64,000 bases of DNA from an uncultured Gemmatimonadales bacterium (GTDB taxonomy: Bacteria; Gemmatimonadota; Gemmatimonadetes; Longimicrobiales; RSA9). The DNA lies in contig CAWFKH010000003.1 in the NCBI GenBank assembly GCA_963816355.1, positions 320,001 through 384,000 of the forward strand, written 5' to 3'. Below, piece after piece: positions 16,384-26,036 of the stretch (the first letter of the stretch is position 1; every line of letters begins with the position of its first letter). The notes under the pieces were generated by a model. It did not search any database, was not told the DNA's origin, and worked only from the letters and a program-made list of their open reading frames with translations. The position numbers and the translations under genes were made by a program.

Positions 16384-17550
16384 ATGTCGTCCGAGACCTC
16401 GCCCTCCGTGACTTCCTCCTCCGTGCCCTCGCCCCTGCGCGTACGCGTGGAGCCGGCGACGGATCCGGGCCGCGGCTACGACGTGGTGATCGAGGCGGGT
16501 GCGCTGGGGCGTCTCGGCGGGTTGCTCCGCGAGGCCGCGCCCGCTTCGCGCTACGTCCTCATCACGGACGCGAACGTGGAGCGTGCGCACGGCGCGGCGG
16601 TGTTGGGCGTGTTGCGCGGCGCCGGTCTGCGAGCGGAGGCGTTGGTCGTCGCGGCGGGTGAGGTGGAGAAGAACCGGGAGCGGTGGACGGAGCTGACCGA
16701 CCGCATGCTGGAGATGGGCGTCGGCCGCGACGGCTGCGTGCTCGCGCTCGGTGGCGGCGTCGTCGGAGACCTCGCGGGATTCGTCGCGGCGACGTACCTG
16801 CGGGGCGTGCCGGTGGTGCAGATCCCGACGACGGTGCTCGCGATGGTGGACGCGTCGGTGGGCGGCAAGACGGGCGTGGACACGGGTGCGGGGAAGAACC
16901 TGGTGGGCGCGGTGCACCAGCCGTCGCTGGTCGTGGCGGATCCGCTCACGCTGGGCACGCTGCCGGAGCGGGAGCTGCGCTCCGGCCTGGCGGAGGCGGT
17001 GAAGCACGGGGCGATCGCGGATCGGGCGTACTTCGACTGGATCGCGGACGCGGCGGCGGCGTTGGCGGGGGGCGACGTGGAAGCGCTGACGCGGCTGGTC
17101 GCGACGTCGGTCCGCATCAAGGCGGGCGTGGTGTCGCGCGATCCGCTGGAGCGGGGCGAGCGCAAGGCGCTGAACTTCGGCCACACGATCGCTCACGCCG
17201 TGGAGGCGCTGAGCGGCTTCGCGCTGCCGCACGGCTACGCGGTGGCGATCGGCATGGTGACGGAGGCGCGCGTGGGGGAGCGCGCGGGTGTCACGGAGGC
17301 GGGGACCGCCGCGGAGCTCGAGCGGGTGCTCGGGCGCTTGGGGCTTCCGGTGGCCGTGCCGCGCGAGATCGCGTCGGAGTCGATCCTGGAGCGCGCGCTC
17401 CTCGACAAGAAGGCGCGCGCCGGTCGGGCGCGCTACGCGCTGCTGGCGGAGCTGGGCCGGATCGCGCGCGATGCGGGCGGCGACGCGTCGATCGAGGTCG
17501 AAGACGGGGTCGTTCTGGAGGCGCTTCGTGAACGGCCGGCGGAGGTTTGA
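16384..17550 (+). CDS. aroB: 3-dehydroquinate synthase
   Basis: GEVEK, ALGGGVVGDLAGFVAATYLRG, PTTVLAMVDASVGGKTG, GKNLVGA, LNFGHTIAHAVE, HGYAVAIGM, DKK. Confidence 0.97.
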   Translation: MSSETSPSVTSSSVPSPLRVRVEPATDPGRGYDVVIEAGALGRLGGLLREAAPASRYVLITDANVERAHGAAVLGVLRGAGLRAEALVVAAGEVEKNRERWTELTDRMLEMGVGRDGCVLALGGGVVGDLAGFVAATYLRGVPVVQIPTTVLAMVDASVGGKTGVDTGAGKNLVGAVHQPSLVVADPLTLGTLPERELRSGLAEAVKHGAIADRAYFDWIADAAAALAGGDVEALTRLVATSVRIKAGVVSRDPLERGERKALNFGHTIAHAVEALSGFALPHGYAVAIGMVTEARVGERAGVTEAGTAAELERVLGRLGLPVAVPREIASESILERALLDKKARAGRARYALLAELGRIARDAGGDASIEVEDGVVLEALRERPAEV

Positions 17551-17641
17551 CGACGTCTGGCACCCCGGCTACCTTCCGGTGCGTAGCGTGAGCGGCGGGC
17601 GGCCGACGCCCGTCCGCCGGCGGGATCCGGATGGAGGGTTA

Positions 17642-19244
17642 ATGGCGCTGGTGGAGCGGGTTCGCGGTCGTTCCGTCGCTGCGGTGCTCGAGGAGCACGC
17701 AGCCGAGAACCCGGACCGTGTCTTCCTTCGCTACCGTGATCGGCGCCTGAGCTTTTCGCAGGTGGACGCCCGTGCCGCCGCGCTCGCCGCGGCGCTGCAC
17801 GGGTTGGGGATCGAGGCGGGCGACCGCATCGCGCTCGACCTTCCGAACTGGCCCGAGTTCGTGATCGCGGTCTTCGCTGCGGCGAAGCTGGGGGCGACGA
17901 TCGTGCCGCTGAACCCGCGTTTCACGACGCCGGAGCTGCAGTACATGCTGCGGCATTCCGAGGCGGCGGTGGTGGTCTGCGCGGAGACGCTGAACGGGAT
18001 CGACTATCTCGAGCTGTTCGAGGGGTTCCTCACCTCGCTGCCGGACCTGCAGTACCTGGTCACGGTCGGCGAGGCGGACCTGTGGTACGACGACCGGATC
18101 TATCAGTTCGAGGACCTGGTCTCGAGCGGGGAGGGGAGGCCGTACCCGCGCGTGGCGCCGGACCCGGTGGAGGACGTGTTCGCGATCCTCTACACGTCCG
18201 GGACCATGGGCAAGCCGAAGGGCGTCGCGCTGACGCACGAGAACATGCTCACCACCGCGGCGGCGACGGTCGATGCGATCGGGATCGTTCCGGACGACGT
18301 CGTATTCGGCGTCACGACGGTCTTCCACGTCTTCGGCCTCGGGCCGGGCGTGCTGGGGACGCTGATCGCCGGCGCTTCGCTGGTGCTGCAGGAGCAGTTC
18401 GAGCCGGCGGAGGCGCTGCGGCTGATCGAGAAGCACGGCGTGACGATCCACTACGGCGTGCCGACGGTCTTCATCACGGAGCTGCGCGAGCCGGAGCGGG
18501 CGCAGTCGCGACCTGTCGTCGCTGCGCGCCGGGATCGTGGCGGGCGCGCCGGTCTCGGATGACCTCGTCCGTCGCATCCGCGCGGAGCTGTGCCCGCGGG
18601 TGCAGGTGGCGTACTCGCTGACGGAAACGGCGTCGAGCGTCTCCGTGACGCGGCCGTCGGATCCGCCCGACAAGCAGATCTTCACGGTCGGTCGGCCGTT
18701 GCCCGGTACGGAAGTGCGCGTGCTGGACCTCGACGGCACGATTCTGCCGGAGGAGAGTCTCGGCGAGATCGCAGTGCGGGGTTCCGGGGTAATGAAGGGG
18801 TATTACAGGCAGCCGGGTGAGACGTCGCAGGCGCTCGACGCCGACGGCTTCTTTCTCACCGGCGACCTGGGGATCGTGGACGAGGAGGGCTTCGTCCACG
18901 TGGTGGGTCGGCGCAAGGAGCTGATCATCCGCGGCGGGTTCAACGTCTACCCGCGGGAGGTGGAGGATCGGCTGCACGCCCACCCGGCCGTGCTCGACGT
19001 GGCGATCGTGGGTCTGCCCCACGAGGTCCTCGGCGAGCTGGTCTGCGCGTGCATCGTCCCGGTCGAGGGGGCGATCGTAACCGGCGAGGAGATCAAGGAA
19101 TGGTGCCGGGCCGCGCTGGCGGACTACAAGGTCCCCGACCTCGTCCGCTTCCTCGATTCGTTCCCGCTCACGGGGAGCGGGAAGGTTCGGCGGGTCGAAC
19201 TCGCGCGGATGATCACCGCGGAAGAGTCGAGCCGCCGGCCCTGA
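17642..19244 (+). CDS. long-chain acyl-CoA ligase / AMP-binding enzyme (frameshift near 18500)
   Basis: [48 protein letters not shown]; the two halves lie in different frames. Confidence 0.88.
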
Positions 19245-19404
19245 CCGGTTTTCAACGGCGGGTGAAGATGGTCTGACCTGAGCGCTTCGCCCTGCGGCGG
19301 CGGCGCGGCGGCCCCGAGAGAACGGGCCCGCCCCGCCACCACGGCAGCGCGGATTCGGCAGGTCGGCACCGCGGATCCCGCCCCGACAAAGAGCACAGGA
19401 GAGA

Positions 19405-21507
19405 ATGACGACGAATTTCGCGCGCGCCCCTCACCAGGGGCGAACGGTGCCCATCCAGGCGGCACCAAACGCCGCGCTCCTCATCGACTTCGACAACGTC
19501 ACGATGGGGATCCGCAGCGACCTCACCAAGGAACTCAAGAACCTCCTCAACAGCGACATCATCAAGGGAAAGGTGGCGGTCCAGCGAGCTTACGCGGACT
19601 GGCGCCGCTATCCGCAGTACATCGTGCCGCTGTCGGAGGCGTCGGTCGACCTCATCTTCGCGCCCGCCTACGGCAGCTCGAAGAAGAACGCGACGGACAT
19701 CCGGCTCGCGATCGACGCGCTCGAGCTCGTGTTCACGAGGCCCGAGATCGGCACGTTCATCCTGCTCTCGGGCGACTCCGACTTCAGCAGCATGGTGCTC
19801 AAGCTGAAGGAGTACGGGAAGTACGTGATCGGCGTCGGCATCCGCGAGTCGAGCTCCGACCTCCTCGTACAGAACTGCGACGAGTACTACTCCTACTCCG
19901 CCCTCACGGGACTGACCCGCGCCGGCGACGAGGTGGTCGAAAACGAGGACCCGTGGGTGCTGGTGGAGCGCGCCGTGCGCCAGATGGCGGAGCGCGGCGA
20001 CGTGATGCGCTCCGACCGGCTCAAGCAGGTGATGGTCGAGATCGACCCCACCTTCGACGAGAAAGCGCTCGGCTTCAGCAAGTACAACCGCTTCCTCTCC
20101 GAGGCGGCTACCCGCGGCTGCCTCTCGATCAAGAAGATGGAGAACGGCCAGTACGACGTCGCCCCCCCCGGCGAGGACTCCGCCGAGCGGGGCGAGCGCG
20201 AGCGTCGGGGGCGCGAGCGCGGCCGCGAGCGTCGCGAGTCGCGCGAGTCGCGCGAGTCGAAGGGATCGGCGCGCGAGGGGCGCGAGCCGCGCGAAGGGCG
20301 CGAGGGGCGCGAGGCACGCGAGGGGCGTGAGTCGTCGCGAGAGACACGCGAATCGCGTGGGGCGACCGCGGAGGCGAAGGGTGCCGCCACGCCGGAGCCC
20401 GCTGTGGAGCCGGCAGCGGCGCCGGCGGCCTCGTCGCGGAGCCGCGCGGCCGGCAGCGGCGGGAGCGGCGGGAGCGGCGGCATCGGCGCCGCGTACGACC
20501 TGCTTCGGCGCGCCGTGGCGGATCTCGCGGCGGAGCGAGGCGGAGCGGTGCGGGATTCCGACGTGAAGCGGCGCATGCTCGAGTCGGAGCCGAACTGGGA
20601 CGAATCGACGCTGGGCTTTCCGAAGTTCAGCCGGTTCCTGCGCCAGGCGCACGCGGACGAGGTGATCGACCTGCGTCGCTCGGAGAACGGTGCCTATGAC
20701 ATCGAGCTGCGCGGCGGGGCGCCGCTGCGGGTCGAGACGGCGGCGGCGGAAGGGGGCCTCGGCCGGGCGGGCAGGGAGGCGGCGGAGGAAGCCTCGTCCG
20801 CGGCGGTGGAGCGCTCTGCCGCGCGCGAGAGCCGGCGCTCCCCGGAGCCGAGGGAGGAGGCCGTTCAGGCGGCGGCCGCGGGTGAAGCTGCGGGAGCGGC
20901 GGCTGAGGAGAGCGGAGCGCGGTCGGAGCCGACGGTGGGACGGGGGGTGTCGCCGTATCGCCGCGGCTCGCGCCGTGGCACCCCGGAGGGTCCGCCGCCG
21001 CTGCTTCCGGGTCAGGCGGTCCATCTTCCGGGCGCCGACGGTGGCGAGGCGGCGACCGCGGTTCCGGAGGGCGTGGCCGCTACGGACCCACCGGCCGATC
21101 CTTCCCGTCTGGGTCTACCGACGGACCGGGACTCGGTCCTGAACTACCTGCAGAACCGCTACAAGGGTGTGGGCCTGAAGACGGCGGAGGTGCTGGTCGA
21201 CGCGTTCGGCGCGGAGAACGTCTTCGGGACCTTGAGAGAGGACCCGGAGCGGGTGCGCGAGGTGCTGGGGGCTCGCCGGGCGGACGCCGTTCTGGACGGC
21301 TGGGCCGTGGACTTCGAGCGTCGTCGTGCGCGGCGCGGCGGTGGCTCCCCGGAGGCGGCCGAGGAGGCAGCGGAGGCGGGCGCGTCGGTGAGTTCCTCCG
21401 CTGGATCGACGCCGGCCGCGAAGCGGTCGCGGCGTGGAGGTCGCGGGCGGGGCGGCCGCGGCCGTGCTCGCAAGCCCACCGGCGACGGCGGTGACGCGGC
21501 GGAGTGA
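19405..21507 (+). CDS. NYN-domain ribonuclease with two OST-HTH/LOTUS domains and a C-terminal RecD2-like helix-hairpin-helix
   Basis: IDFDNV, KNATDIRLAIDAL, LSGDSDF; two FDE/WDE..LGF.K(Y/F).RFL repeats; YLQNRYKGVGLKTAEVLVDAFG; AGGAG RBS. Confidence 0.85.
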   Translation: MTTNFARAPHQGRTVPIQAAPNAALLIDFDNVTMGIRSDLTKELKNLLNSDIIKGKVAVQRAYADWRRYPQYIVPLSEASVDLIFAPAYGSSKKNATDIRLAIDALELVFTRPEIGTFILLSGDSDFSSMVLKLKEYGKYVIGVGIRESSSDLLVQNCDEYYSYSALTGLTRAGDEVVENEDPWVLVERAVRQMAERGDVMRSDRLKQVMVEIDPTFDEKALGFSKYNRFLSEAATRGCLSIKKMENGQYDVAPPGEDSAERGERERRGRERGRERRESRESRESKGSAREGREPREGREGREAREGRESSRETRESRGATAEAKGAATPEPAVEPAAAPAASSRSRAAGSGGSGGSGGIGAAYDLLRRAVADLAAERGGAVRDSDVKRRMLESEPNWDESTLGFPKFSRFLRQAHADEVIDLRRSENGAYDIELRGGAPLRVETAAAEGGLGRAGREAAEEASSAAVERSAARESRRSPEPREEAVQAAAAGEAAGAAAEESGARSEPTVGRGVSPYRRGSRRGTPEGPPPLLPGQAVHLPGADGGEAATAVPEGVAATDPPADPSRLGLPTDRDSVLNYLQNRYKGVGLKTAEVLVDAFGAENVFGTLREDPERVREVLGARRADAVLDGWAVDFERRRARRGGGSPEAAEEAAEAGASVSSSAGSTPAAKRSRRGGRGRGGRGRARKPTGDGGDAAE
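20187..20360 (+). repeat. 9-bp-type low-complexity repeats (RES/REG/REA) in the NYN linker
   Basis: RESRESRES...REGREPREGREGREAREGRESS. Confidence 0.8.
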
Positions 21508-21553
21508 GGCGTCGCGATCGGAAGCGGGGCGCGGCGCGTGGTCGCCGCGTCCA

Positions 21554-22141
21554 ATGCGGGCCACCTTCTTCGCCGGACCGGCGGAGTCGGTGGCCCGCTC
21601 GCTTCTGGGGACGGTGCTGGTCTCGACCGTGGGCGGCCGCCTGACGGCGGGTCGTATCGTGGAGACGGAGGCGTACGTGGGGCCGCACGATCCGGCTTCG
21701 CACGCGGCGGAGCGGATTGGGCGGACGCGGCGCAACGATGCGATGTTCGGCGCGCCGGGCACGGCGTACGTGTATCGGATTTACGGCCTGCACTGGTGCC
21801 TGAACGTAGTGACGGGCGTGGTGGACGATCCTGCCGCGGTTTTGATCCGCGCGATCGAGCCGGTCGCGGGCGAGGCGGTGATGCGGGAGCGGCGGGAGTG
21901 GCGCGGGCGGCGGCTGGAAGGACGCTCACTGAGCGGCGGCCCCGCGCGCCTGGCGGAAGCACTCGGCGTGACCGGCGCCCTCGACGCCCACGCGCTGGAC
22001 GCGCCGCCGCTCTCGCTGCACGCTGGGCAGGGCGGGGCGGCGGAGGAGCCGGTCTCCGTGGGCCCTCGCATCGGCGTCACGCGAGCGGTCGACTGGCCGC
22101 TCCGATTCTGGCTTTCCGGAAATCCGTGGGTCTCGCGCTGA
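21554..22141 (+). CDS. mpg: DNA-3-methyladenine glycosylase (AAG/MPG family)
   Basis: GRIVETEAY, DPASHA, MFGAPGTAYVYRIYGLHWCLN, AVLIRA, GPARL, GPRIGV; alternative GTG start at 21491. Confidence 0.93.
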   Translation: MRATFFAGPAESVARSLLGTVLVSTVGGRLTAGRIVETEAYVGPHDPASHAAERIGRTRRNDAMFGAPGTAYVYRIYGLHWCLNVVTGVVDDPAAVLIRAIEPVAGEAVMRERREWRGRRLEGRSLSGGPARLAEALGVTGALDAHALDAPPLSLHAGQGGAAEEPVSVGPRIGVTRAVDWPLRFWLSGNPWVSR

Positions 22142-22243
22142 CGCCCGTGGGTCTCGCGCTGACGCTTCCGTAGCCGGAACGAAGAGGGCCGGGAACGTCC
22201 GCGTCGGCTGAGGTGGGGCGCCCGCGTCGGCTGAGGTGGGGCG
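22124..22243 (+). repeat. two short tandem duplications (21 bp x2 over the mpg stop; 23-bp period x2)
   Basis: CCGTGGGTCTCGCGCTGACGC x2 (22124-22165); CCGCGTCGGCTGAGGTGGGGCG x2 (22199-22243). Confidence 0.85.
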
Positions 22244-22268
22244 GCGTCGCGGCGGGGCCGGGGCAGCG

Positions 22269-23090
22269 TCAGTCGAGGCCGGCGCCAGCGTGCGCCGCGG
22301 CCTCCTCGATCTCACAACGGAGCACGGTCACGGCCTGTCCGCTCAGAAGGACGCGGTCGCCGCCCAGCCGCACGCGCACGATGCCGCCCCGGGCGGACGC
22401 CTGGTAGCCGGTCATCGCTGCGGTGCCGAGCCGCGTGCCCCAGTACGGGGCGAGGGCGCAGTGGGCCGAGCCGGTGACGGGATCCTCGTCGACGCCGACG
22501 GCGGGCGCGAAGAAGCGCGACACGAAGTCGTACTCCTTCCCGGTGGCGCGGCTGGTGAGGATGACGCCGCGCACGGGGACGCGTCGTAGCAGGGCGAAAT
22601 CCGGTTGGGCGGCGCGTACGGCATCCTCGTTCTCGACCTCGACGAGGAAGTCCATCCGGTTGCGGGCGACCTGGATCGGGCGCACGCCGAGCGCTTCCAG
22701 CAGACCGGGCGGCGGGTCGGCGTCGGCGGGCGGCTCGGAAGGGAACTCGAGGTCGATCCAGTCGCCGTGGCGGCTCGCCTCCAGACGTCCGCTGCGGGTC
22801 CGGAAGTGCGCCCGCGTCGAATCGTCCAGGTGGCCCTCGGTCCACAGCACATGCGCGCTGGCCAGGGTGGCGTGGCCGCAGAGGTCCACCTCGGTGGTGG
22901 GCGTGAACCACCGCAGGCCCCACGTGGAGGGCTCTTCCTCGGTCCACAGGAACGCCGTTTCCGAGAGGTTCATCTCGCGCGCAATGGCCTTCATCCACGC
23001 CTCTTCGGCGGGTGCCGGGAGGATGCACACGGCGGCCGGGTTGCCGCGAAACGGCGTGGCGGTGAAGGCGTCGACCTGGATCAGTCGCAT
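22269..23090 (-). CDS. PhzF-family isomerase/epimerase
   Basis: QVDAFT..PFRGNPAAV, EMNLSETAF, LRWFTPTTEVDLCGHATLA, EDPVTGSAHC, QASARGG. Confidence 0.93.
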   Translation of the reverse strand: MRLIQVDAFTATPFRGNPAAVCILPAPAEEAWMKAIAREMNLSETAFLWTEEEPSTWGLRWFTPTTEVDLCGHATLASAHVLWTEGHLDDSTRAHFRTRSGRLEASRHGDWIDLEFPSEPPADADPPPGLLEALGVRPIQVARNRMDFLVEVENEDAVRAAQPDFALLRRVPVRGVILTSRATGKEYDFVSRFFAPAVGVDEDPVTGSAHCALAPYWGTRLGTAAMTGYQASARGGIVRVRLGGDRVLLSGQAVTVLRCEIEEAAAHAGAGLD

Positions 23091-23253
23091 GGAGTCCGTC
23101 GCATGGATGAAGTGTGGCCCCCCGTGGCCTCCCCGGCAAGGCGTGGCCCCAGCGCGGCCGGCGCCATCGTTGGCTGGACTCGTTCCCGGCCCGGGCCTAC
23201 ATTGGCGCCGCCGTTCGAAGTACGGGGGGTTTCGACGAGCAAGCGAGGAGACA

Positions 23254-24003
23254 GTGAAGACGATCGTCTGCATAAAGCGGGTTCCCGACACCGCCACCCG
23301 CATCAAGATCTCCGACGACGGCCGCTCCATCGAGGCGGCGGGCGTCAAGTACGTCATCAGCCCGTACGACGAATTCGCGCTGGAGGCGGCGCTGCGGTCG
23401 AAGGAGGCCGGCGCGGTCGGCGACGTCGTCGTATTAACGGTCGGTGAGGCGGCGGCGGCGGAGCAGCTTCGCGCGGCGCTCGCGATGGGCGCCGACTCGG
23501 CGATCCTGCTGCGCGGCGAGACCGGCATCGACGGTCTGGCGACCGCGAAGGCGCTGGCGGCGGAGCTGGAGCAGGCCGGGGCGGATCTCGTCCTGCTCGG
23601 CGTGAAGGCGGCTGACGACGACCAGCAGCAGGTGGGGCCGATGGTGGCCGAGCTGCTCGGCCGGCCGTGCGTGACCGGCGTCGCCGAGCTGCGCATCGAA
23701 GACGGCAAGGTGGTGTGCCACCGGGAGGTGGAGGGCGGCGTCGAGATCGTCGAAGCCACGCTGCCGGCGGTCGTCACGACGACGAAGGGGCCGAACGAGC
23801 CGCGCTACCCCTCGCTCAAGGGGATCATGGCCGCGAAGCGGAAGCCGCTCGAGGAGCGGGAAGCGCAGCTCGCGCCGGGTCGCATCGAGCTGCGCTCGCT
23901 CGCCTATCCTCCCGCTCGCCCGCCGGGGGTCGTGGTGGGTGAAGGTCCCGAGGCCGTGCCGGAGCTGGTGCGGCGGCTGCGCGAAGAGGCGAAGGCGCTC
24001 TAG
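23254..24003 (+). CDS. etfB: electron transfer flavoprotein subunit beta
   Basis: CIKRVPD, PYDEFALE, ALAMGAD, PRYPSLKGIMAAKRKP; GAGGAG RBS with GTG start. Confidence 0.95.
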   Translation: MKTIVCIKRVPDTATRIKISDDGRSIEAAGVKYVISPYDEFALEAALRSKEAGAVGDVVVLTVGEAAAAEQLRAALAMGADSAILLRGETGIDGLATAKALAAELEQAGADLVLLGVKAADDDQQQVGPMVAELLGRPCVTGVAELRIEDGKVVCHREVEGGVEIVEATLPAVVTTTKGPNEPRYPSLKGIMAAKRKPLEEREAQLAPGRIELRSLAYPPARPPGVVVGEGPEAVPELVRRLREEAKAL

Positions 24004-24014
24004 GAGATATCGAA

Positions 24015-25001
24015 ATGGCGAAGATTCTTGCGGTCGTAGAGGAGCGGGAGGGCGCGCTGCGCCGGGTCTCGCTGGAGGTCGTCACGGCAGCCCGGTCGGT
24101 GGCGGCGGAGCTGGGCGCGGAAGTGGACGCGCTGCTGTTGAGCGCGGGCCCGGTCGATGCGACGGCGCTCGGAGCGCACGGCGCGGACCGCGTGCTCGTC
24201 GGCGAGGACGCGTCGCTGGCGGGGCCGTCGGCTTCACTGCGGGCGGCGGTGGTCGCTCAGGTGGCGCGGCAGAACGGCTACCACACGATCCTGCTCGCCG
24301 CCACGACGGCCGGGAAGGACCTGGCGCCGCGCGTGGCGGCGCGCCTGGACGTCCCGCTCGCGACGGACGCGACGGCGCTCGCGGTCGAGGATGGCGAGAT
24401 CCTGGTCACGCGGCCGATGTACGGCGGCAAGGCGTTCGCGAAACTGGTGCTGGCCGGGGAGCCGCGGCTCGTCTCGATGCGGCCGAACGTCTTCACGCCG
24501 CGCGAGCAGCAGGCGGCCGGCGCCGTGGAGCGGATCGACGTCGCCGCGGCGGGCGCCGAGGCCGGTGCGGCCGGCGTGGCGGTGCGGGAGTTCCGGGCCG
24601 CGGAGGGGGAGAGCGTGGACGTGGGCGAGGCGCCGATCGTCGTGAGCGGCGGGCGGGGCATGCAGGGGCCGGAGAACTGGCGCGTGCTGGAGGAGCTGCG
24701 GGCGGCGCTCGGCGAGCGGGCGGCGCTCGGGGCGTCGCGTGCCGTGGTGGACGCGGGCTGGCGGCCGCACGCGGAGCAGGTCGGCCAGACCGGGAAGACG
24801 GTGTCGCCACAGCTCTACTTCGCCATCGGCATCAGCGGCGCCATCCAGCACCTCGCCGGCATGCGGACGGCGCGCACGATCGTGGCCGTGAACAAGGACG
24901 CGGAGGCGCCGATCTTCGGTGTGGCCGACTACGGCATCGTCGGCGACGCGCTGGAGGTCGTGCCACGGCTGACGGAGGAGATCCGCAAGCTGGCGCGTTA
25001 G
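24015..25001 (+). CDS. etfA: electron transfer flavoprotein subunit alpha
   Basis: [47 protein letters not shown]. Confidence 0.96.
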   Translation: MAKILAVVEEREGALRRVSLEVVTAARSVAAELGAEVDALLLSAGPVDATALGAHGADRVLVGEDASLAGPSASLRAAVVAQVARQNGYHTILLAATTAGKDLAPRVAARLDVPLATDATALAVEDGEILVTRPMYGGKAFAKLVLAGEPRLVSMRPNVFTPREQQAAGAVERIDVAAAGAEAGAAGVAVREFRAAEGESVDVGEAPIVVSGGRGMQGPENWRVLEELRAALGERAALGASRAVVDAGWRPHAEQVGQTGKTVSPQLYFAIGISGAIQHLAGMRTARTIVAVNKDAEAPIFGVADYGIVGDALEVVPRLTEEIRKLAR

Positions 25002-25103
25002 CGCTCCGTCCGGTGGTGGGCGGCTCCTCCTCGCCGCGGGGTCGGCTCGGTCCTTGCACTTTTTGCGCGGTGCCAGCCTACCCGAAGCCGTGAGGAGGGA
25101 CGC

Positions 25104-25388
25104 ATGAGACATCCGATTTCGTTCACCAAGGGGCTCCTCGTCGGAGCCGGACTGATGTACCTCTTCGACCCGCGTCAGGGTCGCCGCCGCCGCGCGCTCG
25201 TACGAGACAGGGCGGTGCGCGCGGGACACGAGATCGAGGACGAGTTGGAAGGCCGCGCGCGCGACCTCGGCCACCGCGCGAAGGGGCGCGCCGCCGAGGC
25301 GCCGAGCCGCGCGGTCGAGCGCGAGGTCGACGACGACGTGGAGGTGGTCAACCTGCTGAGCGTCGAAGGCGGAGCCAACACGAGCTGA
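25104..25388 (+). CDS. YtxH-like N-terminal protein with internally deleted BON domain (possible pseudogene)
   Basis: GAGLMYLFDPRQGRRRRALVRD motif, then VDDDV joined directly to EVVNLLSV; GAGGAGG RBS. Confidence 0.6.
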   Translation: MRHPISFTKGLLVGAGLMYLFDPRQGRRRRALVRDRAVRAGHEIEDELEGRARDLGHRAKGRAAEAPSRAVEREVDDDVEVVNLLSVEGGANTS

Positions 25389-25400
25389 GCGACGAGCCCG

Positions 25401-26036
25401 ATGCGACCCTTCGAGAACCGCGCCGACGCTGGCGCTCAGCTCGGCGCCGAGCTCGAGCGGTACCGGCGCGCGCCGGGGCTGCTCGTGCTCGGCCTCCCGC
25501 GTGGCGGCGTTCCCGTCGCGGCCGAGGTGGCGCGGATTCTCGACGCTCCGCTCGACGTCTTCCTGGTGCGCAAGCTCGGCGTGCCCGCCTTCCCGGAGCT
25601 GGCGCTGGGCGCGATCTCGAGCGGCGGCGCCGTGGTCCTGAACGAGGACGTCGTGGAGGCGTACGACATCCCGCGCGAGGTGATCGAGCGGGTGGCCGTT
25701 GAGGAACGCCTGGAGCTGGAGCGGCGCGAGGCGCTGTATCGGCACGGCCGCGCGCCGCTGGACGTGCGCGAGCGCACGGTGATCATCGTGGACGACGGCC
25801 TGGCGACCGGCGCCTCGATGCGCGCGGCCGCGACGGCGCTGCGCGCGCTCGGGCCGCGGCGGCTCGTCGTCGCCGTGCCGGTGGGCGCGGCCGAGACGTG
25901 CGAGGATCTTCGCTCGCTGGCGGACGCGGTGGTCTGCCTGCGGAAGCCGGATCCGTTCCAGGCGGTCGGACTCTGGTACCGCGACTTCAGCCAGACCACG
26001 GACCGCGAGGTCGTGGAGCTGCTCGCGGCCGGCTAG
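25401..26036 (+). CDS. phosphoribosyltransferase-family protein
   Basis: FENRADAG, LGLPRGGVPVA, VRKLGVP..PELALGAI, IVDDGLATG, AVGLWYRDFSQ. Confidence 0.9.
   Translation: MRPFENRADAGAQLGAELERYRRAPGLLVLGLPRGGVPVAAEVARILDAPLDVFLVRKLGVPAFPELALGAISSGGAVVLNEDVVEAYDIPREVIERVAVEERLELERREALYRHGRAPLDVRERTVIIVDDGLATGASMRAAATALRALGPRRLVVAVPVGAAETCEDLRSLADAVVCLRKPDPFQAVGLWYRDFSQTTDREVVELLAAG

Noticed and set aside
22269..23090. Phenazine biosynthesis
   Set aside because: Isolated PhzF homologue with no other phz genes
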